From positions 1 to 27,028 of the IMG/VR virus record IMGVR_UViG_3300020043_002559: a DNA stretch of 27,028 nucleotides; one strand, 5' to 3'. This DNA comes from a virus. Its lineage: Duplodnaviria; Caudoviricetes. How positions within the stretch are numbered: the first letter of the stretch is position 1; each line of letters opens with the position of its first letter. The notes under the pieces are model-generated. The model saw only the letters and a list, made by a program, of their open reading frames with translations, searched no databases and was not told where the DNA came from. The position numbers and the translations under genes were made by a program. Shown here piece after piece: positions 15,903-24,040 of the stretch.

Positions 15903-16399
15903 GCCGTGAAGTAGACACCGGAGACAACGAGCCGCGAAGTCGCTTGAAGATGACCGCCGAGACTGGATGTCGTGCCGGTCTCAAACGCTGAAAGTTCGCA
16001 GTAACTAGTTCCACCAATGACTTTGCCAATCAGAGCAGTCTTGGCTTGATTGGTTCCATTTGTCAGCCACAGCGAGACGGCGGCATCGTATGTCACCGCA
16101 TCCGGCAATCCCAAGCGGAGGTTTCCGGTTGAGCTTCCAGTCACCGAGTTGATCGTCAGATCCACGGTGAAAGTGGATACGAAACCGATGCTGGTATGGC
16201 GAGCGGTGTTGACCGTGAAAGCGAACGTCCGACCACCGCCGGAATCAACGAGAGTCGGAACCCACGTTGACGGAGCGGTCAGCGGCAATGCCGCATAAAT
16301 CTCATCGAAGTTGGCGTTGGCCTTCTGCCAGCTAGTGCGGAGCGTGTCGCCCGTGTTGTCGTTGGCGGTTGATCCGGTGTTGATGACTTGTTGCGACAT
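15899..16399 (-). CDS. Short fibre / structural protein with a T4 gp9/gp10-like N-terminus
   Basis: QVINTGSTANDNTGDTLRTSWQKANANFDEIY. Confidence 0.75.
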   Translation of the reverse strand: MSQQVINTGSTANDNTGDTLRTSWQKANANFDEIYAALPLTAPSTWVPTLVDSGGGRTFAFTVNTARHTSIGFVSTFTVDLTINSVTGSSTGNLRLGLPDAVTYDAAVSLWLTNGTNQAKTALIGKVIGGTSYCELSAFETGTTSSLGGHLQATSRLVVSGVYFTA

Positions 16400-16400
16400 A

Positions 16401-16628
16401 TCAGTCCTTCGGCAATGCGTACCAACCTTCTGGAATCGTCACTTTGTTTCGGCTTTTGATGACTTTCCCTTCGGCGTCTTTAGCCCAAACGTGAGCTTTT
16501 ATCGGCTCCGCCAGACGCACCGGAGTCCCTGATGGCACCAGAACCACTCGGGTCGGTGTGCAAGCCGGAAGCATCAATGCGAGCGGCAAGACGAGCGGCA
16601 AGAGATTTGTCGGCCATGCCGTCTTCAC
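16401..16628 (-). CDS. Lipoprotein, o-spanin-like
   Basis: Hydrophobic signal LLPLVLPLALML followed by lipobox-like LPAC. Pro-rich; overlaps the upstream ORF in another frame. Confidence 0.6.
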   Translation of the reverse strand: MKTAWPTNLLPLVLPLALMLPACTPTRVVLVPSGTPVRLAEPIKAHVWAKDAEGKVIKSRNKVTIPEGWYALPKD

Positions 16629-16707
16629 TCGTTTGATCCTTCTGCTCCAGCAACTTGTCCAGAGCGGCTCGCATCAATCCCTGTGTGATGCTTGTTAGTG
16701 GGTCCAT
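16480..16707 (-). CDS. Possible i-spanin-like protein
   Basis: Overlaps the lipoprotein gene in an Rz/Rz1-like way, but the N-terminus is amphipathic rather than clearly transmembrane. Confidence 0.4.
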   Translation of the reverse strand: MDPLTSITQGLMRAALDKLLEQKDQTSEDGMADKSLAARLAARIDASGLHTDPSGSGAIRDSGASGGADKSSRLG

Positions 16708-16993
16708 GCAGATCCTTCTTGATGAGCTTTGAGTGGAAAATCACAGCCCAAACGAAGATGCCAGCGAGTCCACAGTTGAGCAGGATTTCAGACGGCGGTG
16801 GCGTGGATGCAGTCAGGCAGTTGAACAGCGCACCGGCAGCGGTTGCGGTCAACGACAGCCGAAGGAACGCATTGCCGACAATCGGCCACCGCTGAGTCAC
16901 GCCTTCCGTCCGGTAAAGCAGGACCATAAAACATGAAACGCCAGCGGCTAAAACACCGCTAGCGATCATGTTGATGACGGTATCTGGCTTCAC
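16625..16993 (-). CDS. Membrane protein (about 3 TM), holin/antiholin-like
   Basis: Three hydrophobic stretches; GTGA overlap with the upstream gene. Confidence 0.6.
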   Translation of the reverse strand: MKPDTVINMIASGVLAAGVSCFMVLLYRTEGVTQRWPIVGNAFLRLSLTATAAGALFNCLTASTPPPSEILLNCGLAGIFVWAVIFHSKLIKKDLHGPTNKHHTGIDASRSGQVAGAEGSNE

Positions 16994-17268
16994 TTTTTGC
17001 GGAAGCGATCAATGACGTATTCGACGCCATGCAATCCCAAGAAGCCCATGATGAAGGCTGCTGCGTACTGGGTGTTTGAGTTCTTCATTCCGAAGAAATC
17101 AACAACGATTGGCGTGAGGTAGTTAGCCGAGAGAGTACCGGCCAAAAGAGAAGTCACCGTCGTGAACCAGTCTTTGTGGCCGTCGCGTTTGACGGTCAGG
17201 AGGCTTCCAGCGAAGCCAGCCACAAGAAGCCCGATGTTGATTCCGAGTTCTCGCAGCGTCTCCTTCAC
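16990..17268 (-). CDS. Holin-like membrane protein (about 3 TM)
   Basis: LLVAGFAGSLL / LLAGTLSANYLTP / AAAFIMGFLG with a basic C-terminus (RFRKK). Confidence 0.7.
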   Translation of the reverse strand: MKETLRELGINIGLLVAGFAGSLLTVKRDGHKDWFTTVTSLLAGTLSANYLTPIVVDFFGMKNSNTQYAAAFIMGFLGLHGVEYVIDRFRKK

Positions 17269-17444
17269 TTCTGGTCCTCCTTGCTCGCGTCCTGAGCCTT
17301 CAGAGCTGTGAACATGGCACCGGCACCAGCCGTGATTGCGGCGATGGCGTTGGCGATGTCACCCGCGATGATCTGCTTGATGCCAACGCTGAGAGCGGCG
17401 AGCAGGACGGCAACGCCACCAGCGGTTGTTTTCCAGTTCTTCAT
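17265..17444 (-). CDS. Small 2-TM holin-like protein (59 aa)
   Basis: Below the ORF-track cutoff. MKNWKTTAGGVAVLLAALSVGIKQIIAGDIANAIAAITAGAGAMFTALKAQDASKEDQK; coupled to both neighbours by 4-nt overlaps. Confidence 0.7.
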   Translation of the reverse strand: MKNWKTTAGGVAVLLAALSVGIKQIIAGDIANAIAAITAGAGAMFTALKAQDASKEDQK

Positions 17445-17590
17445 TCGGTCTTAGGTTGAGCGGCTGCGATGATGATGTCGGCCAGCGGGACTCCAACCTT
17501 CGCGTTGGCATATCCACCGGCTTTGATTGCGATGTCGATGAGCTGGAGCAGTTGGTTGGCCTGCTCCTGAGTCAGTTCAATGTGAATCAT
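17441..17590 (-). CDS. Small hypothetical protein (49 aa)
   Basis: Below the cutoff. MIHIELTQEQANQLLQLIDIAIKAGGYANAKVGVPLADIIIAAAQPKTE; ATGA overlaps on both sides. Confidence 0.7.
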   Translation of the reverse strand: MIHIELTQEQANQLLQLIDIAIKAGGYANAKVGVPLADIIIAAAQPKTE

Positions 17591-17988
17591 GCGGCGGGAG
17601 CATCGGCAACAACCTCAGGCTCGGCAACCACAACCGGAGCGGGAGGAGCCCACGGCAGCGGCAGCACCACAACCGGCGGGTTGATCTGGTTTTGGATCTG
17701 GAGCGAGACGTTCGCTTCGATGGCGGTCTTGTCCACGCCGTTTTCCCAGCACCAGTCCAGCACCTGCTGCTCGGTGAGCTGGTCGTACGGAGTGAAACCT
17801 TCGGTCGGCGGAGCGAACGAGCAGGAGCCATAGCAGGTGCCGCTGTAGGTCTTCTCGTCGTCGCCGGTGCCGGTGGTTTCGGTGCCGTTGCAACGCCAGT
17901 CGGCGGTGATGACGACATCGGTGAGACTGCCTTCGGTCGGCTTAACGAGAAGGCGTTCGATGATCCAGACAATGGAGATGGTGGTCAT
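17587..17988 (-). CDS. Fibre-associated protein (possible chaperone)
   Basis: VVITADWRC...YGSC...FTPYDQLTEQQVLDW...LPW, a motif set commonly seen after fibre genes in aquatic phages. Confidence 0.7.
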   Translation of the reverse strand: MTTISIVWIIERLLVKPTEGSLTDVVITADWRCNGTETTGTGDDEKTYSGTCYGSCSFAPPTEGFTPYDQLTEQQVLDWCWENGVDKTAIEANVSLQIQNQINPPVVVLPLPWAPPAPVVVAEPEVVADAPAA

Positions 17989-17995
17989 GGTGTGA

Positions 17996-19135
17996 TTAGA
18001 AGAGGTCGTTCCAAGAGGTTCCGTTGTAGCACTTCAGCTTGTTGCTTGTGCTGTTGTAGTACACATCTCCAGATTCCGCGCCAGAAGGGTCAGCAGCAAG
18101 CGGGACGAATCGAACTTGGCCTGTTGATTTTACAACAGCGCGTTCGACAGGAGTCGTTGAACCAGTTGCAATGACAACGCTTCGAGCAGCACTAGTGCGC
18201 GGCTGGATTATTAGGTTTCCAAAATCAGTGAAGTAACCAGCACCGCCTCCGTCTGTGTAATAAATGGAACAAGCATTAGCGTTTGATATGTAAGATGTGC
18301 GAGTTCCTGCGTTGGTTCCGCTGATTCCAACCGGGCCAGCCGCAGAAAGAATGTGGGATGTAATCGGCGTAACCCCCACGCCGACGTTGCCGCCGTTGGG
18401 CTGGAGAACGAGGTTGAAATTGGATGAGTAATCGGTCCGCGCTCGCGCCTGAATCCATCCGTAGACAGCGGAAGCAGCGGTAACGCCGGTGTCGATTACA
18501 AGTCCAGTTCCCGGCGCACCGATACGCAAGCTGCCATCAGTCGTGGATGAACCGCTGGTTGAGCAGGTAGATTGAGTGCCATTGACGACAAACTTGAAGT
18601 CAGGACTAACCCCCACGCCCAGCCCCGTGGAGTTGAGGGTCATGGCGGTGCCAGCGACTCCGCCGACGTTCGACCAAGCGCATACTCCAGATCCATCAAT
18701 GCTGAACCTTTCGGCGCTGGACGTATTGATAGCAAAAGTCGCATCGCTCGGATAAGCAATCGAAGCAGTTTCAGAAACGCCGCTTCGACCGATCCGAATG
18801 ATTTCGCCGTAGCTTCCAACGCGCAGGAATCGGCCAATCAAAGAATTAAATCCACCAGTAGCATCAAACGGATATGAAGGACTCGCCGTACCAACACCCA
18901 CCCGATTGTTCGCCGAATCCACCTTCAGGGTCGAGGTATCCACCGTCAGATCGCCGGTGATGGTGGCGGAGGCGAGGGTGGCGGATGGCGAACAAGCGAG
19001 GATGTTGTTGATGCTGATTCGCTTGGTGCTGCCCGATGCGGGAGGCGTTGCCGACACGTCCACAATCGGGATCATGTCGTTTGCCGGATCGGCCGCCGTG
19101 AGGTTTGTCAGTTCTGAGATTTTGAGGTCTGCCAT
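17996..19135 (-). CDS. Virion fibre protein
   Basis: MADLKISEL N-terminus, repeated (N/G)xVGVGxxP fibre motifs, and C-terminal GDVYYNSTSNKLKCYNGTSW. Confidence 0.8.
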   Translation of the reverse strand: MADLKISELTNLTAADPANDMIPIVDVSATPPASGSTKRISINNILACSPSATLASATITGDLTVDTSTLKVDSANNRVGVGTASPSYPFDATGGFNSLIGRFLRVGSYGEIIRIGRSGVSETASIAYPSDATFAINTSSAERFSIDGSGVCAWSNVGGVAGTAMTLNSTGLGVGVSPDFKFVVNGTQSTCSTSGSSTTDGSLRIGAPGTGLVIDTGVTAASAVYGWIQARARTDYSSNFNLVLQPNGGNVGVGVTPITSHILSAAGPVGISGTNAGTRTSYISNANACSIYYTDGGGAGYFTDFGNLIIQPRTSAARSVVIATGSTTPVERAVVKSTGQVRFVPLAADPSGAESGDVYYNSTSNKLKCYNGTSWNDLF

Positions 19136-19138
19136 AGG

Positions 19139-19375
19139 TCAGTAAACGGTGAGGATGAGTTTGCCCGAGTCTTCTTGTGTTAGAAAATCTGCTCCTTCGG
19201 TCAGCAGCGAATCGAACGTGCCGAAGGAATAGACCAGCCGGTTGCCGCCGATGTTTTCCTCCTGCACCAGATAGTCGCCGTTCTCGCACAGGATGTCCCT
19301 GCGCTCAATCGGCGGCTCAGGCATCACGCCGTTGAGCGGTCGTGTGCGGTCGATTGCTAGTCCGAGAGAGATCAC
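19139..19375 (-). CDS. Small structural protein with LLxExGxxLxQE repeats
   Basis: DILCENGDYLVQEE and DSLLTEGADFLTQED. Confidence 0.7.
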   Translation of the reverse strand: MISLGLAIDRTRPLNGVMPEPPIERRDILCENGDYLVQEENIGGNRLVYSFGTFDSLLTEGADFLTQEDSGKLILTVY

Positions 19376-19635
19376 GGAGTGCGAGCGAGAAACGCGATCA
19401 CGGCACCGGAGTTGATCTGGAAGCCGGTTATGTCACCGGGAAGAACCTGTCCGGTAGGGATGGTCTTCGATAACCAAGTCCCGCTGATGTTGGTGCCGGT
19501 GATGGACGAGAATACCGTCGGCTCAATCGGTACGAGCGACGACCAGTTGCCGGTTTTCGCGGCGGTATCGGTGACAAGCTGGAACCCCTGTCGGCCCATG
19601 CTGTACTCGGTTGCGATGTCTGCTTGGACGGCCAT
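19372..19635 (-). CDS. Small beta-rich structural protein (possible head decoration)
   Basis: 87 aa with an A/C-rich leader, downstream of the capsid gene. Confidence 0.7.
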   Translation of the reverse strand: MAVQADIATEYSMGRQGFQLVTDTAAKTGNWSSLVPIEPTVFSSITGTNISGTWLSKTIPTGQVLPGDITGFQINSGAVIAFLARTP

Positions 19636-19652
19636 TTTGTTTTTCGGTTAGA

Positions 19653-19685
19653 GGGGAGGCCACCGGCCTATCCGATGGCCCCCCC
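19653..19685 (-). terminator. GC-rich 14-bp hairpin after the capsid genes (terminator or mRNA stabiliser)
   Basis: GGGGGGGCCAUCGG-AUAGG-CCGGUGGCCUCCCC. Two G-U pairs favour the minus strand; there is no clear U-tract. Confidence 0.6.
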
Positions 19686-19696
19686 AATTTTGTCTG

Positions 19697-19873
19697 TCAA
19701 CCTTTGCGAACTTTCGGTGCTAAGGCTCCCTGTATCCACAGGACGAGCTTGCCTCCCTCAGGGACGGGAGCGGTGTTGAAGCTGGTGCGCTGGAGAGTCG
19801 CGTCAACTTCGGGACCAGAAACGAGCTTTGATTTGCCGTTCTTGTCCACCGCAACAGTAGTGGCGATCCTCAT
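19697..19873 (-). CDS. Small protein after the major capsid gene (58 aa)
   Basis: Below the cutoff. MRIATTVAVDKNGKSKLVSGPEVDATLQRTSFNTAPVPEGGKLVLWIQGALAPKVRKG; fills the gap between the capsid stop and the hairpin. Confidence 0.7.
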   Translation of the reverse strand: MRIATTVAVDKNGKSKLVSGPEVDATLQRTSFNTAPVPEGGKLVLWIQGALAPKVRKG

Positions 19874-19884
19874 GGTCCTAAGGA

Positions 19885-22038
19885 TTAGGCGGTAATTAGG
19901 ACCTCAGCCTGAGTCTTGTCGCCAGCGGCAACGCCAAACATGATGTCATAAGACGCCATGTGAGCGCGAGTGGCGCGGCTGTACCAGACCGACAGCAAGA
20001 CCGAGAGACCGTTCTGGCTCTCAACGGTGCGCTGCTCGACGAACTCGCCAGCGATCATACCCACCGGCAAACCGGAGGCGATGGCGATAGCGTCACGGCC
20101 ACAGACGAAGCCGGCGGTGTTGGCAATAGCGCCCGTCCAGTCGTTCTGCTCCAAGATGGCCTCAAAGCCGAACAGACCGTTGTTGAGCGGACCATAGCGA
20201 GCATCAGGGAAGGTGTTCGCAGCCGCCGAGAACTGGAGGCGAGCGAGATGCCCACCGTCCAGCAACAGCAGCTTCCGGCGGTAGTTCTTGGCGAGAGCCA
20301 AGATCGCAGGAAGATCGCTAGTGTCGAAGTTGGCAGCGGTGCCGATGGTGGTTCCAGCACCGTAGTTCGCGGAGGTCATCACAGCGGTGATCTTCTTGCT
20401 GATACCGAGCGCGAAGACATCAGCGGAACCGGCAGCGAGATCGGCCAGAGCGAATCCCTGATTCAGCTCCTGCTGGGTAACCGTGAACAGCTTGCTGATC
20501 TGGTTGACCGTGACGGAGGTCGCAGCAAGCTCGGAATCGTTGCTGGTCTCAAAGTTGGTCGCGTTGTCGACCGTCGCAGAAGAGCCGGCCTGCACGAACT
20601 TCTTGACCTGCACGGTCGCACGGGGGCGGAGGTTATCCAGACCAACGTTGCGAGTGAAGTTGCCAACCATCGCCAGCTTGGTCCCCATCTCGGTGATGAC
20701 CGCATCGGCCAGATAGTCGACGACCAGACCGGCCGCGAAGGTGTTGCCGTTCTGCGGAGCGATCAGCTTGTTCTGGCGCAGCAGCTCGCTGTGATTCTCA
20801 ATCAGCCACTTGCGGCGGTCAGCGCCAGCCTTCATCTTCCGGTGCTGCTCCAGAAGCGGATTGCCGAGGTTCTCGATGACGGGGCGGACCGGCTCGGGAG
20901 CGGGGGCGGCGGCAGGAGCCTTCAGGCTGGCCTCCAAAGCAGAAAGCTTGGCGAGGATGGCGTTGAGGTCCACAGAAGCGGCAGGAGCCGCAGCAGGAGC
21001 CGCAGCCGCCACAGGAGTGTTGTCGGACATATGTGTGTCGGTTTGTTGTGTTGGTTGCGGCGTGTTGGTCACGCCATTCTGTCCGCTAGCGTTGGTGCTA
21101 TCGGGAGAAATCTTTTTGGAGTCGTCAATGGACTCGTCTTCGCCTTCCTCGCGCTCGATCTGCGCATAGAGAGCGCGAAACCAATCGCGGCCAGCAGCAC
21201 CGCCCCAGAGGTTCGCGGCAACATCGGCAGGAGTGTTGGGCTCGGCTTCAAGAAACCGCTCGTTCCTGCCCCACCAAGCGTTAGCCTTTTCGACCTTCGC
21301 TTCGGTGGGAGCTTCTCCAGCAACTAGCGATTCGGCCTCAAGCACAGTTGCCTTCTCAAGACCTTCACCGGCAAGACCTTCAGCGTACTGCTCAAGCCCT
21401 CTGCGGAGGTTGTTCTTGACCGTCTCTGGAGCCGTTTTGGTGACCGCTCGCGGATGCCACTTTGCAGCCATCGCAAGCTGTTTGATCGGCTTATCCACAA
21501 GACCGAAGGCAATCGCTTCTTGGGTCGTGAACCAAGTTTCGGCCTTCATTGCGGCGCGAATCGCTTCGGGAGATTTGCCGGTCTTTTTGGCATACACTCC
21601 AACCAGCACCTCAGCGTGTTGGTCGAGCGCGTCAGCCATCTTCCGCATATCTTCTGAAGTACCAGAAGCCATACCGGACGGGTCGTGAATCATCATCAAC
21701 GCAGCGTCCGCCATCTCGACCTTATCGCCAGCAAGCGCGATGATCGACGCGATGGAAGCAGCGATGCCAACGACGCGAGTGGTCACCGGAGCGCGGCGAC
21801 CGCGAAGCTGGTTGTAAATGCTCAGACCATCCCAAACGTTGCCGCCGGGAGAGTTGATCTCGACCAAGAGCGGACCATTGCCAACCTCATTGAGAACGTC
21901 CGAGAACTGCTTGCCGGACAAGCCGCTGCCGCCAAACCAGTCTTCGCCAATCTGGTCGAAGATTTGGATGGTCGCAGTCTCACCAGCGGAAGCCGCTGGA
22001 GCGTAATACAACCAGTCTGTTTTCTTGGTCAGATTCAT
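19885..22038 (-). CDS. ClpP-type prohead protease fused to an insert domain and the major capsid protein
   Basis: INSPGGNVWDG, GIAASIAS (Ser), MMIHDPS (His) and ETWFT.QEA..FGLVD. The C-terminal ~380 aa has capsid-like size, composition and YDIMFGV ending, and no other capsid candidate exists. Confidence 0.85.
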   Translation of the reverse strand: MNLTKKTDWLYYAPAASAGETATIQIFDQIGEDWFGGSGLSGKQFSDVLNEVGNGPLLVEINSPGGNVWDGLSIYNQLRGRRAPVTTRVVGIAASIASIIALAGDKVEMADAALMMIHDPSGMASGTSEDMRKMADALDQHAEVLVGVYAKKTGKSPEAIRAAMKAETWFTTQEAIAFGLVDKPIKQLAMAAKWHPRAVTKTAPETVKNNLRRGLEQYAEGLAGEGLEKATVLEAESLVAGEAPTEAKVEKANAWWGRNERFLEAEPNTPADVAANLWGGAAGRDWFRALYAQIEREEGEDESIDDSKKISPDSTNASGQNGVTNTPQPTQQTDTHMSDNTPVAAAAPAAAPAASVDLNAILAKLSALEASLKAPAAAPAPEPVRPVIENLGNPLLEQHRKMKAGADRRKWLIENHSELLRQNKLIAPQNGNTFAAGLVVDYLADAVITEMGTKLAMVGNFTRNVGLDNLRPRATVQVKKFVQAGSSATVDNATNFETSNDSELAATSVTVNQISKLFTVTQQELNQGFALADLAAGSADVFALGISKKITAVMTSANYGAGTTIGTAANFDTSDLPAILALAKNYRRKLLLLDGGHLARLQFSAAANTFPDARYGPLNNGLFGFEAILEQNDWTGAIANTAGFVCGRDAIAIASGLPVGMIAGEFVEQRTVESQNGLSVLLSVWYSRATRAHMASYDIMFGVAAGDKTQAEVLITA

Positions 22039-23603
22039 TCAGACTTCTTGGCTCTTGGTTTGCGAGTCTTCTTCGCTTTAGCGACGACGGCGGTGTCATC
22101 CACAACAACAGAAGTGTCGCCACCTTCCGGAGCTGCAACTGGCTCGGGAGCGTTTTGATTTTCCGAGCTTGTGTCAATAGCGGCAACAGGAACGCTCGGG
22201 GCTTTTTCCTTTTGAACGGTGGAAATCTCTGAGACGTCGAGTCCGTATTTGTCTGCCAATTGGCGAACAAACAAAGCTTGCTGAGCTTTGGCCTCTAACG
22301 ATGAACGCCAATCAAGACCTCTGGAACCGTAAACCTCATCATATGTGATGATACCGGCTTCCAGTTCCTTCAACTGAGCAGCGGAATTGCGCCCAACATC
22401 AACATTGGGAGCGCGAGGAGCGGTGATTGCGACCTCATACCAATCAGACGGAGCATCGTTCAGCGTCGGATCGGACTTGATCGCATATTCCATGACGTAC
22501 TCATAAATACGTCGGGCGGCAGTCGCCATGACATGATGGCGGCTCTTGAACCAAACCGCAGACATATCAAGCGCACCGCGATAGACAGTTCCCTGCATGG
22601 ACTCAGGGAAAACAAGAACATACGGAATACCAACACCAGCGCAGACCTTCTCGGTAAGCTGCCGCCAGTACTCCCGCATATTCACGCCGGGACGCTCGGT
22701 GGCGAATTGCTGGAACTCGTCTCCGTGTTTCAGCACTTTGACCGCACTTCCGAAGACCTGCTCGTAATAATTCTCAGCGGTGTTTGCTGTGGTCGAAGCA
22801 GTACCGGCTCGCAGGTTTGAAGCTTGGACCTCACCGGAGACCGTCTTGACGATCTGAGCGACGGAAGCTCCGAGCTTGCAAGCCTCCATCTCAAGCTTCT
22901 GGAGGTCGTCGAGATCGTGCAGGTCGTTGATGACGCAGCTTACAAATGGAATCCCGCGAAGCTGACCAGCGCGGTTCGGCTCGTAAATGTGGACGACTGA
23001 ATCCGAAGGAATGGCTCGGACGTCCACCAGATTTCCCTGCGTCTTCTCGGAGCCAACAAAATAGCTGACCGCTCGACCCGTCCGAGGATCAAAGCGGATG
23101 CCGTCGAATACGGTCTGGTCAGACTCCATCCCCACCGGAGTCGCTACCGATTGAGCTTCCAGCAGTTGCAATCGCGGTTTGCCGCTCTCGCCTTTGGTTA
23201 GCAGAATGAAGCTTTCGCCATCGAAGAACCATCCCCGAGCGGCTTGACCCATCAAAGTACCAAAAGACTGGCGGGAACCGATGTCTGGATACCGACACCA
23301 GATGTCGAACCACTTCTTTGCTTTGAGATTCCATGCCGGATCGCTGGATGCGGGTTGGACCGAGAACGACGACCCAACGGTGTAAGACTCAAAGAGGTCT
23401 CCGAGCCTGTTGAGGATAGCGTTGTTCTGCTCAAAATACCGGCTCTTCCGGACAATCGCTTGTCGGGTCGAACTGGTGACATCAAAACGAGCCGAAGTGT
23501 AAGACGTATCGAGATACGAACGACGCAAGCTCTGTTGCGCTCCTTCGTATTTGTTCTCAGGGGCAGGGAACAGAACGTCTCGGATTTTTGAGAGGATTCC
23601 CAT
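22035..23603 (-). CDS. Portal protein, lambda family
   Basis: YEGA, FFDGESF, LQLLEA, GIRFD..GRAVSY and VVHIYEPNRAGQLRGIP. Confidence 0.92.
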   Translation of the reverse strand: MGILSKIRDVLFPAPENKYEGAQQSLRRSYLDTSYTSARFDVTSSTRQAIVRKSRYFEQNNAILNRLGDLFESYTVGSSFSVQPASSDPAWNLKAKKWFDIWCRYPDIGSRQSFGTLMGQAARGWFFDGESFILLTKGESGKPRLQLLEAQSVATPVGMESDQTVFDGIRFDPRTGRAVSYFVGSEKTQGNLVDVRAIPSDSVVHIYEPNRAGQLRGIPFVSCVINDLHDLDDLQKLEMEACKLGASVAQIVKTVSGEVQASNLRAGTASTTANTAENYYEQVFGSAVKVLKHGDEFQQFATERPGVNMREYWRQLTEKVCAGVGIPYVLVFPESMQGTVYRGALDMSAVWFKSRHHVMATAARRIYEYVMEYAIKSDPTLNDAPSDWYEVAITAPRAPNVDVGRNSAAQLKELEAGIITYDEVYGSRGLDWRSSLEAKAQQALFVRQLADKYGLDVSEISTVQKEKAPSVPVAAIDTSSENQNAPEPVAAPEGGDTSVVVDDTAVVAKAKKTRKPRAKKSE

Positions 23604-24004
23604 CAGCTCATCCTAACGGTAGCCTCACGCCGGTACTGCGTGAAGTCTCCATAATAACGGGTCGTCGCAATAAGGACCGACCCGAGCATCTTTGCGTAAA
23701 TCTGGGCATCCGTTGGGCTGGTAATACCATCACCAGACAACAGCGTGACTGCGTAATCGTAGTCACTCAGCAAAGACTCCCACATTTCCAACATCTCGCC
23801 GGGACTTGCGCTTCCCTTTCCGGGTTCAGCGAACTCAACGGAGACATCAGAAGAGGACGTTTGGCGAACCAAATTGCCGCTCTCAAGAGCATTAGCGGAA
23901 ACGGTCAGCTTTGCGGTCAACGCATCCAACAGAGACAAAGCGCCTTTGCTCGCGTAAGTGGTACGCAAGTAAGACCGCTTTGTTGCTACTGTGTAAGTGA
24001 CCAC
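23603..24004 (-). CDS. Head-tail joining protein (gpW-like position)
   Basis: 133 aa between terL and portal. Function is inferred from position. Confidence 0.6.
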   Translation of the reverse strand: MVTYTVATKRSYLRTTYASKGALSLLDALTAKLTVSANALESGNLVRQTSSSDVSVEFAEPGKGSASPGEMLEMWESLLSDYDYAVTLLSGDGITSPTDAQIYAKMLGSVLIATTRYYGDFTQYRREATVRMS

Positions 24005-24013
24005 TCGGGCGGA

Positions 24014-24040
24014 CTATTCACAGAGCGTCCGGCTTGTCAA
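24014..24040 (-). promoter_or_regulatory. Possible promoter for the head genes
   Basis: Consensus TTGACA (24040-24035) overlapping the terL stop, then TGTGAATAGT shortly before GTG 24004. The -10 element is imperfect. Confidence 0.35.

Noticed and set aside
7475-19135. Diversity-generating retroelement targeting tail or fibre genes
   Set aside because: No reverse transcriptase, and no near-identical TR/VR pair differing at adenines was seen in the window.
19695-19700. TTGACA at the stop of the 58-aa ORF
   Set aside because: No plausible -10 at 16-18 nt; the downstream sequence is the GC-rich hairpin.
19960-21327. 455-aa plus-strand ORF
   Set aside because: Antisense shadow of the strongly codon-biased capsid gene, with no motif. 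The same applies to the other plus-strand ORFs, such as 7766-8464 and 6612-7286.
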